A stretch of 63,242 nt of DNA, filler included, from Lenisia limosa (Eukaryota; Protista; Breviatea): NCBI GenBank assembly GCA_001655205.1. It is 10 parts of 10 records of this genome, joined end to end, with 100 filler letters (N's around TTAATTAATTAA, not from the genome) between each part and the next. Parts side by side here need not be neighbours in the genome. Positions count along the whole stretch, not along the records: positions 30,641 to 38,802 come from LPNZ01005575.1; positions 38,903 to 47,767 come from LPNZ01003728.1; positions 47,868 to 50,270 come from LPNZ01006701.1; positions 50,371 to 53,501 come from LPNZ01001447.1; 6 more parts are not named here. The stretch is one strand, 5' to 3'. The translations under genes were made by a program, and so were the position numbers. Below, piece by piece: positions 38,412 through 50,833 of this stretch. The notes under the pieces are model-generated. The model saw nothing but the letters and a program-made list of their open reading frames with translations. It had not been told where the DNA came from and did not search any database. The stretch's first letter is position 1; each line of letters starts with the position of its first letter.

Positions 38412-38802
38412 TTACTCTTGCCTCAACACACTCTTTTTCTTGACTCCTAACGTTGTGAGCTTTTGGGCTTCTAAATGTTGCAAGAGAAGAAGAAAGAATA
38501 GTGATTCTAAGGAACAGTTCTCCCCACTTTTTCGATCCAGTGTTTCGGTCTTCGGAGCGATTGATTTGCGAGCTTTGGGAGATGGCTCAAAAGCGAAGTT
38601 TGGGTCAGTGCCAATTAAAAGATTTCCTTCCCAAGGGAGACGCCCAGAATTTTGCTGGTAGAACTTGACCTCAGCTTCAGTGAAAGCATCTCTCTCATGT
38701 GCAATACCTTCCCACGCTTTCTTTGCTTCCTCGGCAGACGATAATTCGTCTTTAGCAGACCTGATGAGCTGTATCAAAGCCGGTGTGTTCAACAGGCAAG
38801 AG
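38412..38802 (-). mobile_element. C-terminal fragment of a third transposase-family gene, paralog of the C-terminus of 31072-31818
   Basis: LNTPALIQLIRSAKDE...NSGRLPWEGNLLIG...AFEPSPKARKSIAPK aligns by eye with LNTERLIELISLAKNE...NEGKLPWHGNPLVG...AYEVGRKPRKSIAPK (31495-31725). Truncated by the scaffold end. Confidence 0.75.
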
Positions 38803-39129
38803 NNNNNNNNNNNNNNNNNNNNNNNNNNNNNNNNNNNNNNNNNNNNTTAATTAATTAANNNNNNNNNNNNNNNNNNNNNNNNNNNNNNNNNNNNNNNNNN
38901 NNCTCACTATTTATTCTATTTGGGGATAACTACTCAGGATCGCAAAACTCTGCTGTCATCAGCTCAAACTCAGCCTTCAAGCCAAAATCGCCCTCTGTAC
39001 GCTAGCGAATAGGGCCACTTATTACCCAAATAAACAACTTAATAACACTCCTCATCTCTGTCCCTCTACCTTTGTTTATTGTGTATCATTGGAGAGCTTG
39101 GGGGGGGGGGGTCAGAAAGAGGTTTATTT

Positions 39130-42100
39130 CACCTGAACAGCCGAGCAGAGACTCTCCCCTGAATCTGAGGGATCTCGGCACTTCCGTTGCCAGTGACTCC
39201 GAAGACTCCCAAGCCAGCCAGGGTGGGTCCCTCACAAGCAAAATGGGTATTTTCTGGGATCATAAAGATACGCTGAGGGACTAGGTAGTATCGGGATAGT
39301 TGATCCTTTCTTCCGCTTTTAAGAGTCGTGCAGAGGGATTATTAGGGGTTCTTAATAGGTGTTGAGCCAGTTTCCTTCACACATTACTCACTCGGAAGTA
39401 TCAGGTCGGAAGCCGCCTCACATCGGTTCCGAGCCCTCAACAGACTATAGCACAGAGGCTTCCGACGCGAAAATGGCGCGAGGCGACAGTGCGCAGTCTA
39501 GTGACGACGTTCCTGCGGGCAGGCCAAGACCGAATATTGGCCANNNNNNNNNNNNNNNNNNNNNNNNNNNNNNNNNNNNNNNNNNNNNNNNNNNNNNNNN
39601 NNNNNNNNNNNNNNNNNNNNNNNNNNNNNNNNNNNNNNNNNNNNNNNNNNNNNNNNNNNNNNNNNNNNNNNNNNNNNNNNNNNNNNNNNNNNNNNNNNNN
39701 NNNNNNNNNNNNNNNNNTTTGTTATTTACAGGGGGCAGCAGATCTGGGAATTTTGATGATATTTTTCTCGGAAATCTAGTGGATCTTATTTTTAAAACTT
39801 TTATCAAAAATATTGTCTTCTAACAACAGCATTTTTGAGGCTTTTGGAGAGCGAAAAAATGATCATATTTTTGGTGGGATCTTCAAAATATGCATATCTG
39901 CGGACCCTTGATTACCACTCAGAAAAGGGGCATGTGAGAAGCGGAAGTGGCGACTTTGTACCCGGTGCGTTTCTTCCTCCAGCCATGGGTGGGGGGAGGG
40001 GGGGTGAAACGAATACCTCAAGAATTATCGATATTTTATGGGTCTTTTTCAAACTAAAAGTGAAGTAGAGAGTGATGATGATTTGATAAGGCTTTTTCTT
40101 TAGTCCCAAAAGACACGAAATTTCTCAAGAAATAGCAGAAGTCTATTTCTATGACATATTCAGACTTCAGATAGCAAACTTGCAAAACGCTTTTGGGTCC
40201 TTCTTACCCTCCCTCCTAGGTGACTCAGTCTTCACCCCGCCCTACGCCCAGCCTCCCCCTCTTACGTCACCTTTCTCGTGAGTTCCAGGGAAATTGGATG
40301 AGTGTGGAATAGCAGTTGATAAAGTGGTAGTGGGGATAGGAAAATTGAGAAGATGCAATTGAAAGATGGGTGCTATGAGGGCTTGGACTATTCAATGTGG
40401 CTGCTGGTGTTTGGACTATTCAATGTGGCTGCTCATGTGGGTTATAGCTGTGTTTCTCAAGTGCAAGATATGGTGTTAGATTGGGCCCTTATGCTCTACA
40501 TTCAGCAGTTAATACGGTTACTTCACCTGGGGGCTAGTAATTCATGACCTACAGTCTCAAAAAGACTGTGAAAATTGCTGCGTTTATAGAGAATGTATCG
40601 TAATTCAGTCTTTGATACGTGAAGCAGTATTCATGCCTCATTTTACTGCCTCAGAGCGCACCTCACACTGAGTCCGTCATATTCGTCCGCACCCTCCACC
40701 CACCTCTCTGACAGCGACGATGACACTTCTATCGGAAGTGATGAACTCTCTCTCGAAGTGGGGACCGATTTAATGCCAATTACGCTCACTCTTTCCTATT
40801 CACTCAGCCTCCACTCTTTCCTATTTACTCAGCCTCCACTCTTTCCTATTCACTCTGCCTCCACTCTTTCATATTCCTATTTACTCTGCAGGAAGTGCAG
40901 CTCAAGGAAACGAGCCTGGTTCTCGAGCTACTTCGTGACATGATTCGACTGCTTCTCACCATGGCTGTCAGAGTGGGGGGAGGGGGATGACTGTGCTATG
41001 GGTGCCATGGAGAGGTGTGCATGATGATGACTCAATAACCCTTCAGATTGAGCAAAACACGCGGACAGTGTTCAATGTTATCGCAATTATACAGGTGGGC
41101 CTCTTTTTCGCCTTGGGAGGTTATGATCCATTACTCTATTCTTCATATGTTGGTATTTCCTATCCCCTATAATTGCGGTCAGAGGTTGCTCTTTTCCTGT
41201 CTTTTTTTGTTACTCAGTGTTCAAGCTTCTCTCCTGTAGTGTTTATACCTTGCTTAAATACTATACGAACTTTAGGCAATTTTATATTGGCGCTCACGTC
41301 GCAGGGCTATGCGTCTGCGCAATCTATTGATGCGAAGGTGCTTGAACAAAGGTGGGTGCATAGTTGGAGTGCTTGAAAAAGGGGATCCCCATCTGTATTA
41401 ATGAATAACTAGCGTGGTTTTTTCTTCCAGACCTCCCCCCCCCCCCNNNNNNNNNNNNNNNNNNNNNNNNNNNNNNNNNNNNNNNNNNNNNNNNNNNNNN
41501 NNNNNNNNNNNNNNNNNNNNNNNNNNNNNNNNNNNNNNNNNNNNNNNNNNNNNGACTTGTGCGGCGTTAGTTGACTCGGCCGACTCCAGCACCAAGCCAA
41601 AACAGGCCAAACAACAGACCTCTTACAGCGGACTCAACTCGTTGGAGGGGGTGAACTACTGAGGGGATCAATACAGGAAATTCATGAGAGAAATATATGG
41701 ATTTCTGTAGAGTCATACAGCCTGAATATTCTTATTATCTATAATAGTTATTTCAAATATTCAATATAATAAATTATGGCATCCCCCCATGTTTTCACCC
41801 ATGTTTCACCCAAGTTTCACCCAAGTTGCCCTCATATTTCAGAGCGTCTGATGACTCATTTGTTGTGGTCTCCTCCACTTCAACAGGGGGCTTCCTTTAC
41901 TCAGATGTATGGGGGGCTGCAGTCATAGTAGTCTTTTGCTGGAATTTCAAACAGTCTGTTTTTCCATGAGAGAAGGCAACCCTATAGTTTCCCATCTCTA
42001 CATCAACCCTTTCACGCTGCAGGACCAGGATGTTTCACCCGGAGAACTGGAACTTTCCGAGACGGTTGTGGCTCTTCTCTGCATACTGGAGGACTCTCTT

Positions 42101-45100
42101 TGGGGCAAGTCAACCCCCCTTGGTGGGGGGATGCGTCTGCTCATCTACGAGTATTGACTGCTCATAATCTTGGTCTAGTTGCATCCCCCTCGGACTGCCG
42201 GATATGTATACAGGACCATATATCGGAAATTTATCATAAACAACTGTTACTTAAATCGTAACATTTAACCATAAACCATATGACATTCATACATGGTTAT
42301 CAGGGAATTTATCCCTATTTGGGTCAATTTACCTGGCTGAGCTGGGACACAAGGTCCCTCCCGCAGGGTTTCTTTCTAGGTTTGGAGAAACAGCCCTCTG
42401 TGAGAACGCCCAATGATGTCTAAGGTGAGAGGATGTGGTACCCTTCACTTTTACAACTCTTAGCTTGCAACTACCCTCATAATATATCTAAGTGTGTTAA
42501 ATGTGCTAATATTTGGGTGGGTGGGATGGCGCATAATTTCTCACTGGTAAGGAGATATTCAGTGAGAGGAGTTTTCAATTGTAATTTCTCTTTTTATACT
42601 CAATGAACTGAACTTGTAAATTCATGGAATATTGATTATTTCTAGGTACCGTGAATTGAGATCCCAGAGATCTGTGCTCCTTTTTTAATTTCCTTTAATC
42701 CCAGAAATGGAGATTGTTGGACATACCTTTGATTAACCTTTTTAGGTACAAAAAGGGTTCAGTGTAAATTTCAGGAACCGAGGGTATGATGTTCATTTCC
42801 TCTAATTTCCCAGGTGCATGGATTATGGGTCTCACATTTGCCTGAGCTTGATTGAGGGTGTTGCCTCATCCAAGCCCATATCATTAACCCTCTTCCCTTA
42901 TCCTTATCCGTATCCGTATCCGTAAATTTCCATGCCATATTTGGTCCTGTATCTTAGTATCCGCAGTCAGGGATAAAAACATCTGAAGCCCCCTTCGGGG
43001 CATAACCTTCCGTATTTGTATGTATCATATTAGTATTTGATATCATACATTGAATATTATACATGTATCTCTAATGCAATCCTTCCCCTCGTCCCCTCGT
43101 CACCCCCCAGATTTCAGCTCGTTTGATGACAGCACCAAATCAGGCTCCAACGTAGTGGTAAGCTCTGGGGGCTTGGATTGAGGCGGGTTGTGTTAATGTG
43201 GAGTTTTGCTTTGATAGCGTGCTTATAGGTGACGGTGGTTAAGGTGACCCCATTTATCCGTGTAGATCCCCAGCCACCCAGGATGCTGCGCTAACGGCAC
43301 TCTTGGAGTTCCCTCAATTGACCTGAGGGGCAAGCCTGTCACTGTAGGGGGACGATAATATCAATCCTTTTTAATATGTGTTTTAGATTGAAACTATCGT
43401 TTTTATTTCGTTGAAATTGACAGCTTGGGCTTTGTTTTGTTTTTTCAACCCTCTTTTGTTGCTAGCCAACAGAGTTGTTTTTGGACTTGTTTTTTAGTTC
43501 ATAAATTGTCCCATTTACCCCCCTCCCCCTCTGTAGACGAACAGTCGTCTGCCGGATGTCATACGAACAGCAGCAAACTCAGCCAATGCCGGCTTTAATA
43601 TTGTGAGTTGATATGCATGCTGGCTTTAATATTGTGAGTTGATACGCCGGCTTTATGATGAAGATGGTTTGATGATTGAGTTTTGTACTCACCGTTCAGG
43701 CTTTTTCTGCGATTAATCTCTCGTCGCTTATGGCCTTCACAAAGAACCAGAAGCACAAAAGTATCTCAAAATCCCCAACAACCCCCCAATCCCCAAGGTT
43801 ATCTTGCGTGCTTTTGATCCTTTTCTCTTCCCAATACCATTTGAGAACTATAACAATGATTATGTCGAATAACCTGTGAGTAGTAATCAACACGCTTATA
43901 AACGTGATAGCGAGGAAGACTTTAAAACAACTTCTCATTTCTACACATCACATCATTGGAATTATTTCATTCGAAATAATGACTTCAATTATAACCTTAA
44001 TTATTTGTGTATAGTAGGTTGTATGAAAGAAACTGTCTCACTTTACAATTCAGCATGACCCACTTAAATCGCCAACATTCCCGCGGAAAGTCCATTTCTT
44101 CCCTCTCAATGGCAGCTGCGTATGTTGGAAAATTGTTGGAAGAATAATGGAATATAATAAATCTTAAATAGTAAACTGCTGAAAATTATTTAAGGGTAAC
44201 TTTTTTAAGTAGCTCTTCACTNNNNNNNNNNNNNNNNNNNNNNNNNNNNNNNNNNNNNNNNNNNNNNNNNNNNNNNNNNNNNNNNNNNNNNNNNNNNNNN
44301 NNNNNNNNNNNNNNNNNNNNNGTTTGTTTGGAGTTTTAGATTATTCGGTTCGTGATTACTACCTTTACGTCAATATTCTTCATCGGCATTTCCTTCGTTT
44401 TACTCCCTCCCCCCAGACCCTTCACAACGCCGCCCTCCCTTCTGCCATTTGCATCGACTTTGCCTTCCAGTCCCGCTACCATGTCCATTATCGCCTCCAT
44501 CCTGGGGGTGGCCACGCCTGCTATCGAACTGCATCGACAAGGTCTCGCCAGCTTCTCGGAAGGTTTGTGGTGGAATAGTGTTTCTCTGATGGTGTGTTAT
44601 GGTGTTAGTATTGAATTGAATATAATGAAACCTGGTACATGATAAGTAAATGTGACCTTATGCATGTTTTGCTTCGCAAGATTGCTTTGAATGTATTTTC
44701 TTAAACTCGAATTATACACACCGGTGTTGCTTTGAATGAGTCCCATCATTTTCCACCTCTTTCCGATAGGATGAAATATCCTCCATCACCCCCCCTCAAT
44801 AATACCTCCGACAGATTTGGGCTTCTTTTTTTTTTTTTCATTTCATAAATTTCACCAATTCCCCCTCCCCCCAGGCAATAAGTCGAAGAATTCGGTCCGT
44901 CCCGGGGGTCTCTGCCGCATGCTGTTGTCTTTGGTGTTCGCCTATCTTGCAGACCCGGACGCGAGTGACGTTGACCCCTTGCTAGGCCCCCAGTCCAAGT
45001 AGGTCTTTCTGGCTATTTGACACTGTTGTTTTGCCCTGTTGCTTTGCCCTGTTGTTTTCCCCTATTGTTTTTTCCCTGTTGCTTTGCCTTGTTGCTTTGC

Positions 45101-47700
45101 CCTGTTGTTTTTCCCTATTGTTTTTTCCCTGTTGCTTTGCCCTGTTGCTTTGCATTGTTGCTTTGCATTTTTGTTTTGCCCTGTTGCTTTGCCCTGTTGC
45201 TTTGCATTGTTTCTTTGCCTTGTTGCTTTGCCTTGTTGCTTTACCCTGTTGCTTTGCCTTGTTGCTTTGCCTTGTTGTTTTGACCTGTTTCTTAACTCAC
45301 GTGTCTCCTTCTTGTAAATTTTGTCTGAATCATGTGATGTTCCCAGTCGGTTCTAGTCACCCAATATCCAAATATGATATACTATTTATAATATCATAAC
45401 GATTTGCAAGTATATCCTCCCCCAGTTCAAGCATTATCCTACCACCAGGTCGCAAGCTATATCTACGCTGCTCACGGGTTGGCCCATTGGAGGAGACCAC
45501 AAACCTGTGCAGCCGAGCCGACTGCGGCAGCGAGTGGCGGGATCAAAGCACGTGCCGGGCATTATTGATGACGGCCTGCAGGTTGTACNNNNNNNNNNNN
45601 NNNNNNNNNNNNNNNNNNNNNNNNNNNNNNNNNNNNNNNNNNNNNNNNNNNNNNNNNNNNAATGTCTTGTGTGTGGCAAGAAGACCACCCTTAATAATTG
45701 GAGTAAAAATATCACTTTCACCATTGAAAATACGGGTTCCAACAGTCGCCCGATGTTTTGATGAAGGGGGTATCAATATCGCCTCAGGAGGGCTTGGTCA
45801 AACTCAGGACTACCAAAACAGTTTCGCGTTCGCAGTTTTACCCAACTTTGTAGAACTGTCCACAAAACCAGACATCCAATTCCATCATGTTTTTTTTTTT
45901 TTTTCATTTCTGACACCTCAGGTTGCAAGCTATATCCTCTCGGGCCTTGTGAAGATAGCAGGTGCAGCACCCTCCCAGGTACTCCCGGGCGGGACAAATC
46001 ATACTCTATTATCCATTGCTTATAATACGCGATGGTGTAGACGGCTTCGGTCAGATACAACCTATTTTATATTTCTCATTGCTATACATGATATAATACT
46101 TGAACAATATTCTGAGATCTGCGAAGCAAAAGCAGATCATCAAACCATCTTCTAACTGGAGTGATATTCTGTTGCTTTCCCCCTTTTGTTATTGCTTCCC
46201 CCCCCCCCCCACCGCAGCATTCATGATTCAGTCCACAATTGCCATCCTTTCCTGGAGTGCGAGTGCTTGTCTATGTCTTCTGCAGCTGGTGGGGGAGGGT
46301 GACGGAATATGCTTTATTATCTGTGAAACAATCTTTTAATGTTGTATGATATGATGGGGATTATGGTAGAGTCATTATTCCAGTGGTTTAACAATAGCCC
46401 TTTAAAACCCTCAATCCCCACAGACTGTCTTGCTTTTGGAGTCATGTTTGGCTTTGTATAACTGCCCAACTGGGGGGTCTTCTTCCAGCCTCAGCACAAT
46501 GAAGGCATTTATTATACCCTTTTCACCACCAAGACCGCAAATACCAACCCTGTTCACGCCAACATTGTCACTGCTCTTGTCATCGACTGTCTCAATACGG
46601 GTGGGTGATGGGCCAATACTATGGCTTCCGTACGCTTCGAAAAAGACTCAATTTTTCGATAAATCCCCGATAAATATATATAGTATATTACTTCGGACAA
46701 TAGGGAAGCCCACTCCATACGGGTGGGTTGGGCTACTGTGGTCGTGGTAAGTCTTGACCAACACCAAACAGATTTTATTTTCAGGGAAATCCGTCAAGGC
46801 TTACTACAGTCGGTGCTATATATAGCACTACATATCATCAATAAACAACGAATAGCAAATAAGCTCAGAGATTACTCTGATTAGTGCTGTTCATCATGGT
46901 ATCCCTATGTATTTATTTGTTTCCCTAGATTTCTAATGTATATTATTTCTCTTGTTAAAAAAAAATCATCATTTGGAGTCTCATATTACCAGTGCATAGA
47001 TCCATTTTTACTCCCCCTCCCCCTAGCACGCCCAGTCTTAGCGGTTGCCTTCCCCCAAACAGCTGCCTTTTCAAAGCCCCTGGTAGGAGGGAGGATCCAT
47101 TTCCATGAGTGAACTGGTCTCATGTTAGAATACCTGGCCCTGGTCTCATGTTAGATATACCTGGCCCTGGCTTCATGGTAGAATGTCTGGCCCTGCTCTC
47201 ATGGTAGAATGTCTGGCCCTGGTCTCATGGTAGAATACCTGGCCTTGGGCTTACACTAGGAACCTTTTACTTTCAATCTCTACAGCCAATCTTATACCCC
47301 CACCACCCCCTTAGCCAACAGAGTTGATTTTGGGCTTTTTTNNNNNNNNNNNNNNNNNNNNNNNNNNNNNNNNNNNNNNNNNNNNNNNNNNNNNNNNNNN
47401 NNNNNNNNNNNNNNNNNNNNNNNNNNNNNNNNNNNNNNNNNNNNNNNNNNNNNNNNNNNNNNNNNNNNNNNNNNNNNNNNNNNNNNNNNNNNNNNNNNNN
47501 NNNNNNNNNNNNNNNNNNNNNNNNNNNAAAACCCAGGGCTGGATGGATGCCAACGCCGCCGTACTGGCCCCGCATACCACGTGGGGGAGGGTATTGGGAG
47601 ATACATGCTCAGCAGTGGGCGGCTTATATTATAAGATGTATCCCTGACTTGAGGAAGTATAAACCTACCTGGAAAAAAAAAAGAACAATATCCCAATCTG
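39130..47700 (+). CDS. Large unidentified multi-exon protein (Ser-rich N-terminal part, then Leu-rich helical segments); may be more than one gene
   Basis: Many open GT-AG exons, e.g. EVQLKETSLVLELLRDMIRLLLTMA (~40872-40945), IEQNTRTVFNVIAIIQ (~41047-41094), DQDVSPGELELSETVVALLCILEDSL (~42022-42100), PFTTPPSLLPFAST...LASFSE (~44417-44562) and VASYILSGLVKIAGAAPSQ (~45922-45978). Confidence 0.6.
40788..40890. repeat. Intronic ~25-bp pyrimidine-rich tandem repeat (ACTCTTTCCTATTCACTCAGCCTCC x3-4)
   Basis: Visible tandem copies ending at an AG acceptor. Confidence 0.8.
45023..45290. repeat. 13-bp minisatellite (CTGTTGCTTTGCC and variants, ~20 copies)
   Basis: Head-to-tail copies; cause of the C/F/L/A-rich ORFs at 45017-45399. 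Confidence 0.93.
47114..47250. repeat. 26-bp tandem repeat x5 (CTGGTCTCATGKTAGAATRYCTGGCC)
   Basis: Contiguous copies without spacers. Confidence 0.9.
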
Positions 47701-48931
47701 AGAATGGAAAATACAAGATATAAATACCAGGGTTAATAGTGTCTCCTCATATGACGTAGGGGGGGGGNNNNNNNNNNNNNNNNNNNNNNNNNNNNNNNNN
47801 NNNNNNNNNNNTTAATTAATTAANNNNNNNNNNNNNNNNNNNNNNNNNNNNNNNNNNNNNNNNNNNNATACATATAATTACATACATACATACATACTAC
47901 CCATACACATGCATACATACACGTCTACATAGTAAGAATATATAGTAATGAGAAGTATCATATTAATAGTATATAATTATAAAGATACATACATCAACCA
48001 CTCACCCCCGCCCCAGATGATGATGCAGTTTTCTCGGTTCATGTCCCACTACTCTCCCCAGTCCCTGCTCTACACAATTGTCTTGGTATGTAGAGGGTAG
48101 AGGAATTGCCACCTAAAAAAGCATTATCACATACCCCACCTCTACGCTGGGGTGANNNNNNNNNNNNNNNNNNNNNNNNNNNNNNNNNNNNNNNNNNNNN
48201 NNNNNNNNNNNNNNNNNNNNNNNNNNNNNNNNNNNNNNNNNNNNNNNNNNNNNNNNNNNNNNNNNNNNNNNNNNNNCTGCCTCACCCCCACCACTTACTC
48301 ACTTCCCTCAAACTCTTCTGTTCTCCAAGCTCATCCACAAAGGTTAGTGTCTTCGTAGGGCTTCAGCCTGAGTCACCCCCACCCCCAACCCCGAGTACAA
48401 TAAAAGATCGGTAACAATCGAAATATACACTGACTGGGAAAAGTCTTGACTGATTTGCAATGTGATTTCCCAAGGAAAATTGGTCAAGACTTATCCCGGT
48501 CACTATGTAGCAATGAGTTGGATCGGAGTGAAGCCTTACCCATTATACACACCTAGTCACCCTTCAGATGGCTTTGTTCAGTGCGCCTCCCCCAAGCCCC
48601 ACCAAAGCTCCCGTGTTTAACTCGGATATTGATGAACTGTAACAATGCCCATGGATATGCTTGTCCCCTTTACTACGTAAAAAGAAACAATGTAAACACA
48701 CATTTATAACTGCAACAATAGGTTCGCGTTACTCACTCTTAACCCAAAAATCAATGATAGTTTTCCATATCAAATGATATGTCGATATGTTTCAGATGTA
48801 TAATAGTACTATTATTACATGCATATAAAAGAAGAAAACCCTAAGATAGTCAACAACACAATTTATACATACATTAGCCAACACAAGGGTATCTAGATTA
48901 ACAAGAGATACCAAGGACCTAGACAGAAGGC

Positions 48932-49518
48932 ACCAGAGCTGACGTTAATGTGTCACGTGACCCTGCTGCGGGCGCCAAAGTGAGGTCTCTGTAGACGTTG
49001 GGGACAAGGTCATTGATTACCTGGAGGGGGACGGATAAAGTTGGAAAATTTATGAAACAAAAAAAACCAAATCAACTCTGTTGGCTGATAACACACGAGG
49101 GTTGATAACAACAAAACAAACAAATAACAAAGCCCAGAATTTGGAAAATGTGGAACAAACAAAAGGCCAAATTAGTGAAAACAACCCCACTTGTATTGCA
49201 CAAGGCGCTAGTTTTTTTAGTATGGCAGTTATTCTGAGCAGATTAACACCCAAGAAAATATTTCACCTTCTTACTCATGTTTTAAAAGGTCATGATCGGA
49301 AACCAATTAAAAAAAAAAAAAAAAATGAAATCCTCTGTCAGCTATTGTGATGTAAAATTGGTTGGCGTAAATATTGATAATGTCCCTGAAACATATCTAG
49401 TAATAAAAAGACCCAGCATTTGAATATGATCTCCATATATCTAGTAAAAGACCCAACATACAGGGTAGTAAACAGAGGCATCGAGAGAAGACAGAGCCCT
49501 GCCTTCAACATCACTAAC
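48932..49518 (-). CDS. Possible exon fragments of an unidentified gene
   Basis: Open segments VSDVEGRALSSLDASV (~49470-49518) and CAG|VINDLVPNVYRDLTLAPAAGSRDTLTSAL|GT (~48932-49020). Strand assignment for the rest of this scaffold is ambiguous. Confidence 0.35.
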
Positions 49519-49662
49519 NNNNNNNNNNNNNNNNNNNNNNNNNNNNNNNNNNNNNNNNNNNNNNNNNNNNNNNNNNNNNNNNNNNNNNNNNNNNNNNNNN
49601 NNNNNNNNNNNNNNNNNNNNNNNNNNNNNNNNNNNNNNNNNNNNCTCATCCACAATATATTA

Positions 49663-49742
49663 CAGGGACCGGGATAAGTCTTGAGCGATTTTACAGAGGC
49701 AATCAATCACATCGCAAATCGGTCGACTTATCTTGGTCACTG
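49663..49742. mobile_element. MITE family D (Tc1/mariner-pogo-like, TA-flanked), representative copy
   Basis: TA|CAGGGACCGGGATAAGTCTTGAGCGATT...AATCGGTCGACTTATCTTGGTCACTG|TA. Other copies at 48428-48505, 49937-50014 and 51157-51226; degenerate ones near 22875 and 46745. Confidence 0.85.
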
Positions 49743-50833
49743 TATACAACACACTAACCCCCTGCCACTTACCGCATATAGCTCGCTATCCACCGTGAGC
49801 CTAAATAGTAAATAATAATAATGAGTCGTGCAATTAATCTTTTTGAAGAAATTATTGATAAAAATTTATTTAAGTGTGTGAAATGCCGTTCTCGTAGCAA
49901 TATGTCTCAGTTCAAATTGTAAACATACAAAACATGCACTGACCAGGATAGGTCTTGACAAATTTTACTTGGAAAATCACACAGCAAATCAGTCAAGACT
50001 TATCCCGATCTCTGTATAATATATCATATTGAATGTTTTTGCCGTATTGAAACTTGGCCTAATCTAACCAATCATCCCGCTAACCTGTAATCTGCTGCAA
50101 CTGAATAAGAGGCTCTATAGAAGCTGCCAACAATGAAATCCTAAAAATATCAGCAAATTCGAAATAAACTACCCGAGAAACTCTCATTAGGTGAATCTAT
50201 AGCTATTTCCCCTCACATACACACACAACCACACATCACAATCCCTCCGTTCCAGCATACCCCCACACAGNNNNNNNNNNNNNNNNNNNNNNNNNNNNNN
50301 NNNNNNNNNNNNNNTTAATTAATTAANNNNNNNNNNNNNNNNNNNNNNNNNNNNNNNNNNNNNNNNNNNNCTATGTCCAATGCTATCCAAACCTTGGCGG
50401 CCTTGGGAGTTGTCCCATATTTGGTAGGACTCTTTATCAAGATACTGAGCTTTGTCACGCGAAATGCTCGGAAAATGCATTTTGCCTGCATAATTAGAGT
50501 AGCTTTGTTTTGGCAATGTTATAATTAAGGTGTCAGGTTATCATTGCAGGTCAAGGAATAGGAACTGGAAAACAAGACAAACATAAAACTGTATAGAATT
50601 TAAATGTATGTAAAAAGAAGTGGCATTACGGATAGACTCCACCAAAACATTATTCCCCCACCATTATTATTTGTGTCATTGCAGTATCACATCAAGTGTA
50701 TGAACACTTTCCCAATATTAACAAATTATCCTATGGGAATAATATAAAACACTATTATTTATTATAGCCATGGGAAATAAAAACCAAGGTTGCGTCCGGC
50801 CGAAGCCGTCCACACCATATTTATTGAATACAC

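Noticed and set aside
45017-45399. Cys/Phe/Leu-rich membrane-like ORFs
   Set aside because: All three frames are open because of a stop-free 13-bp minisatellite.
47114-47250. 26-bp repeats as a CRISPR array
   Set aside because: Copies are contiguous with no unique spacers, the context is eukaryotic and intronic, and there are no cas genes.
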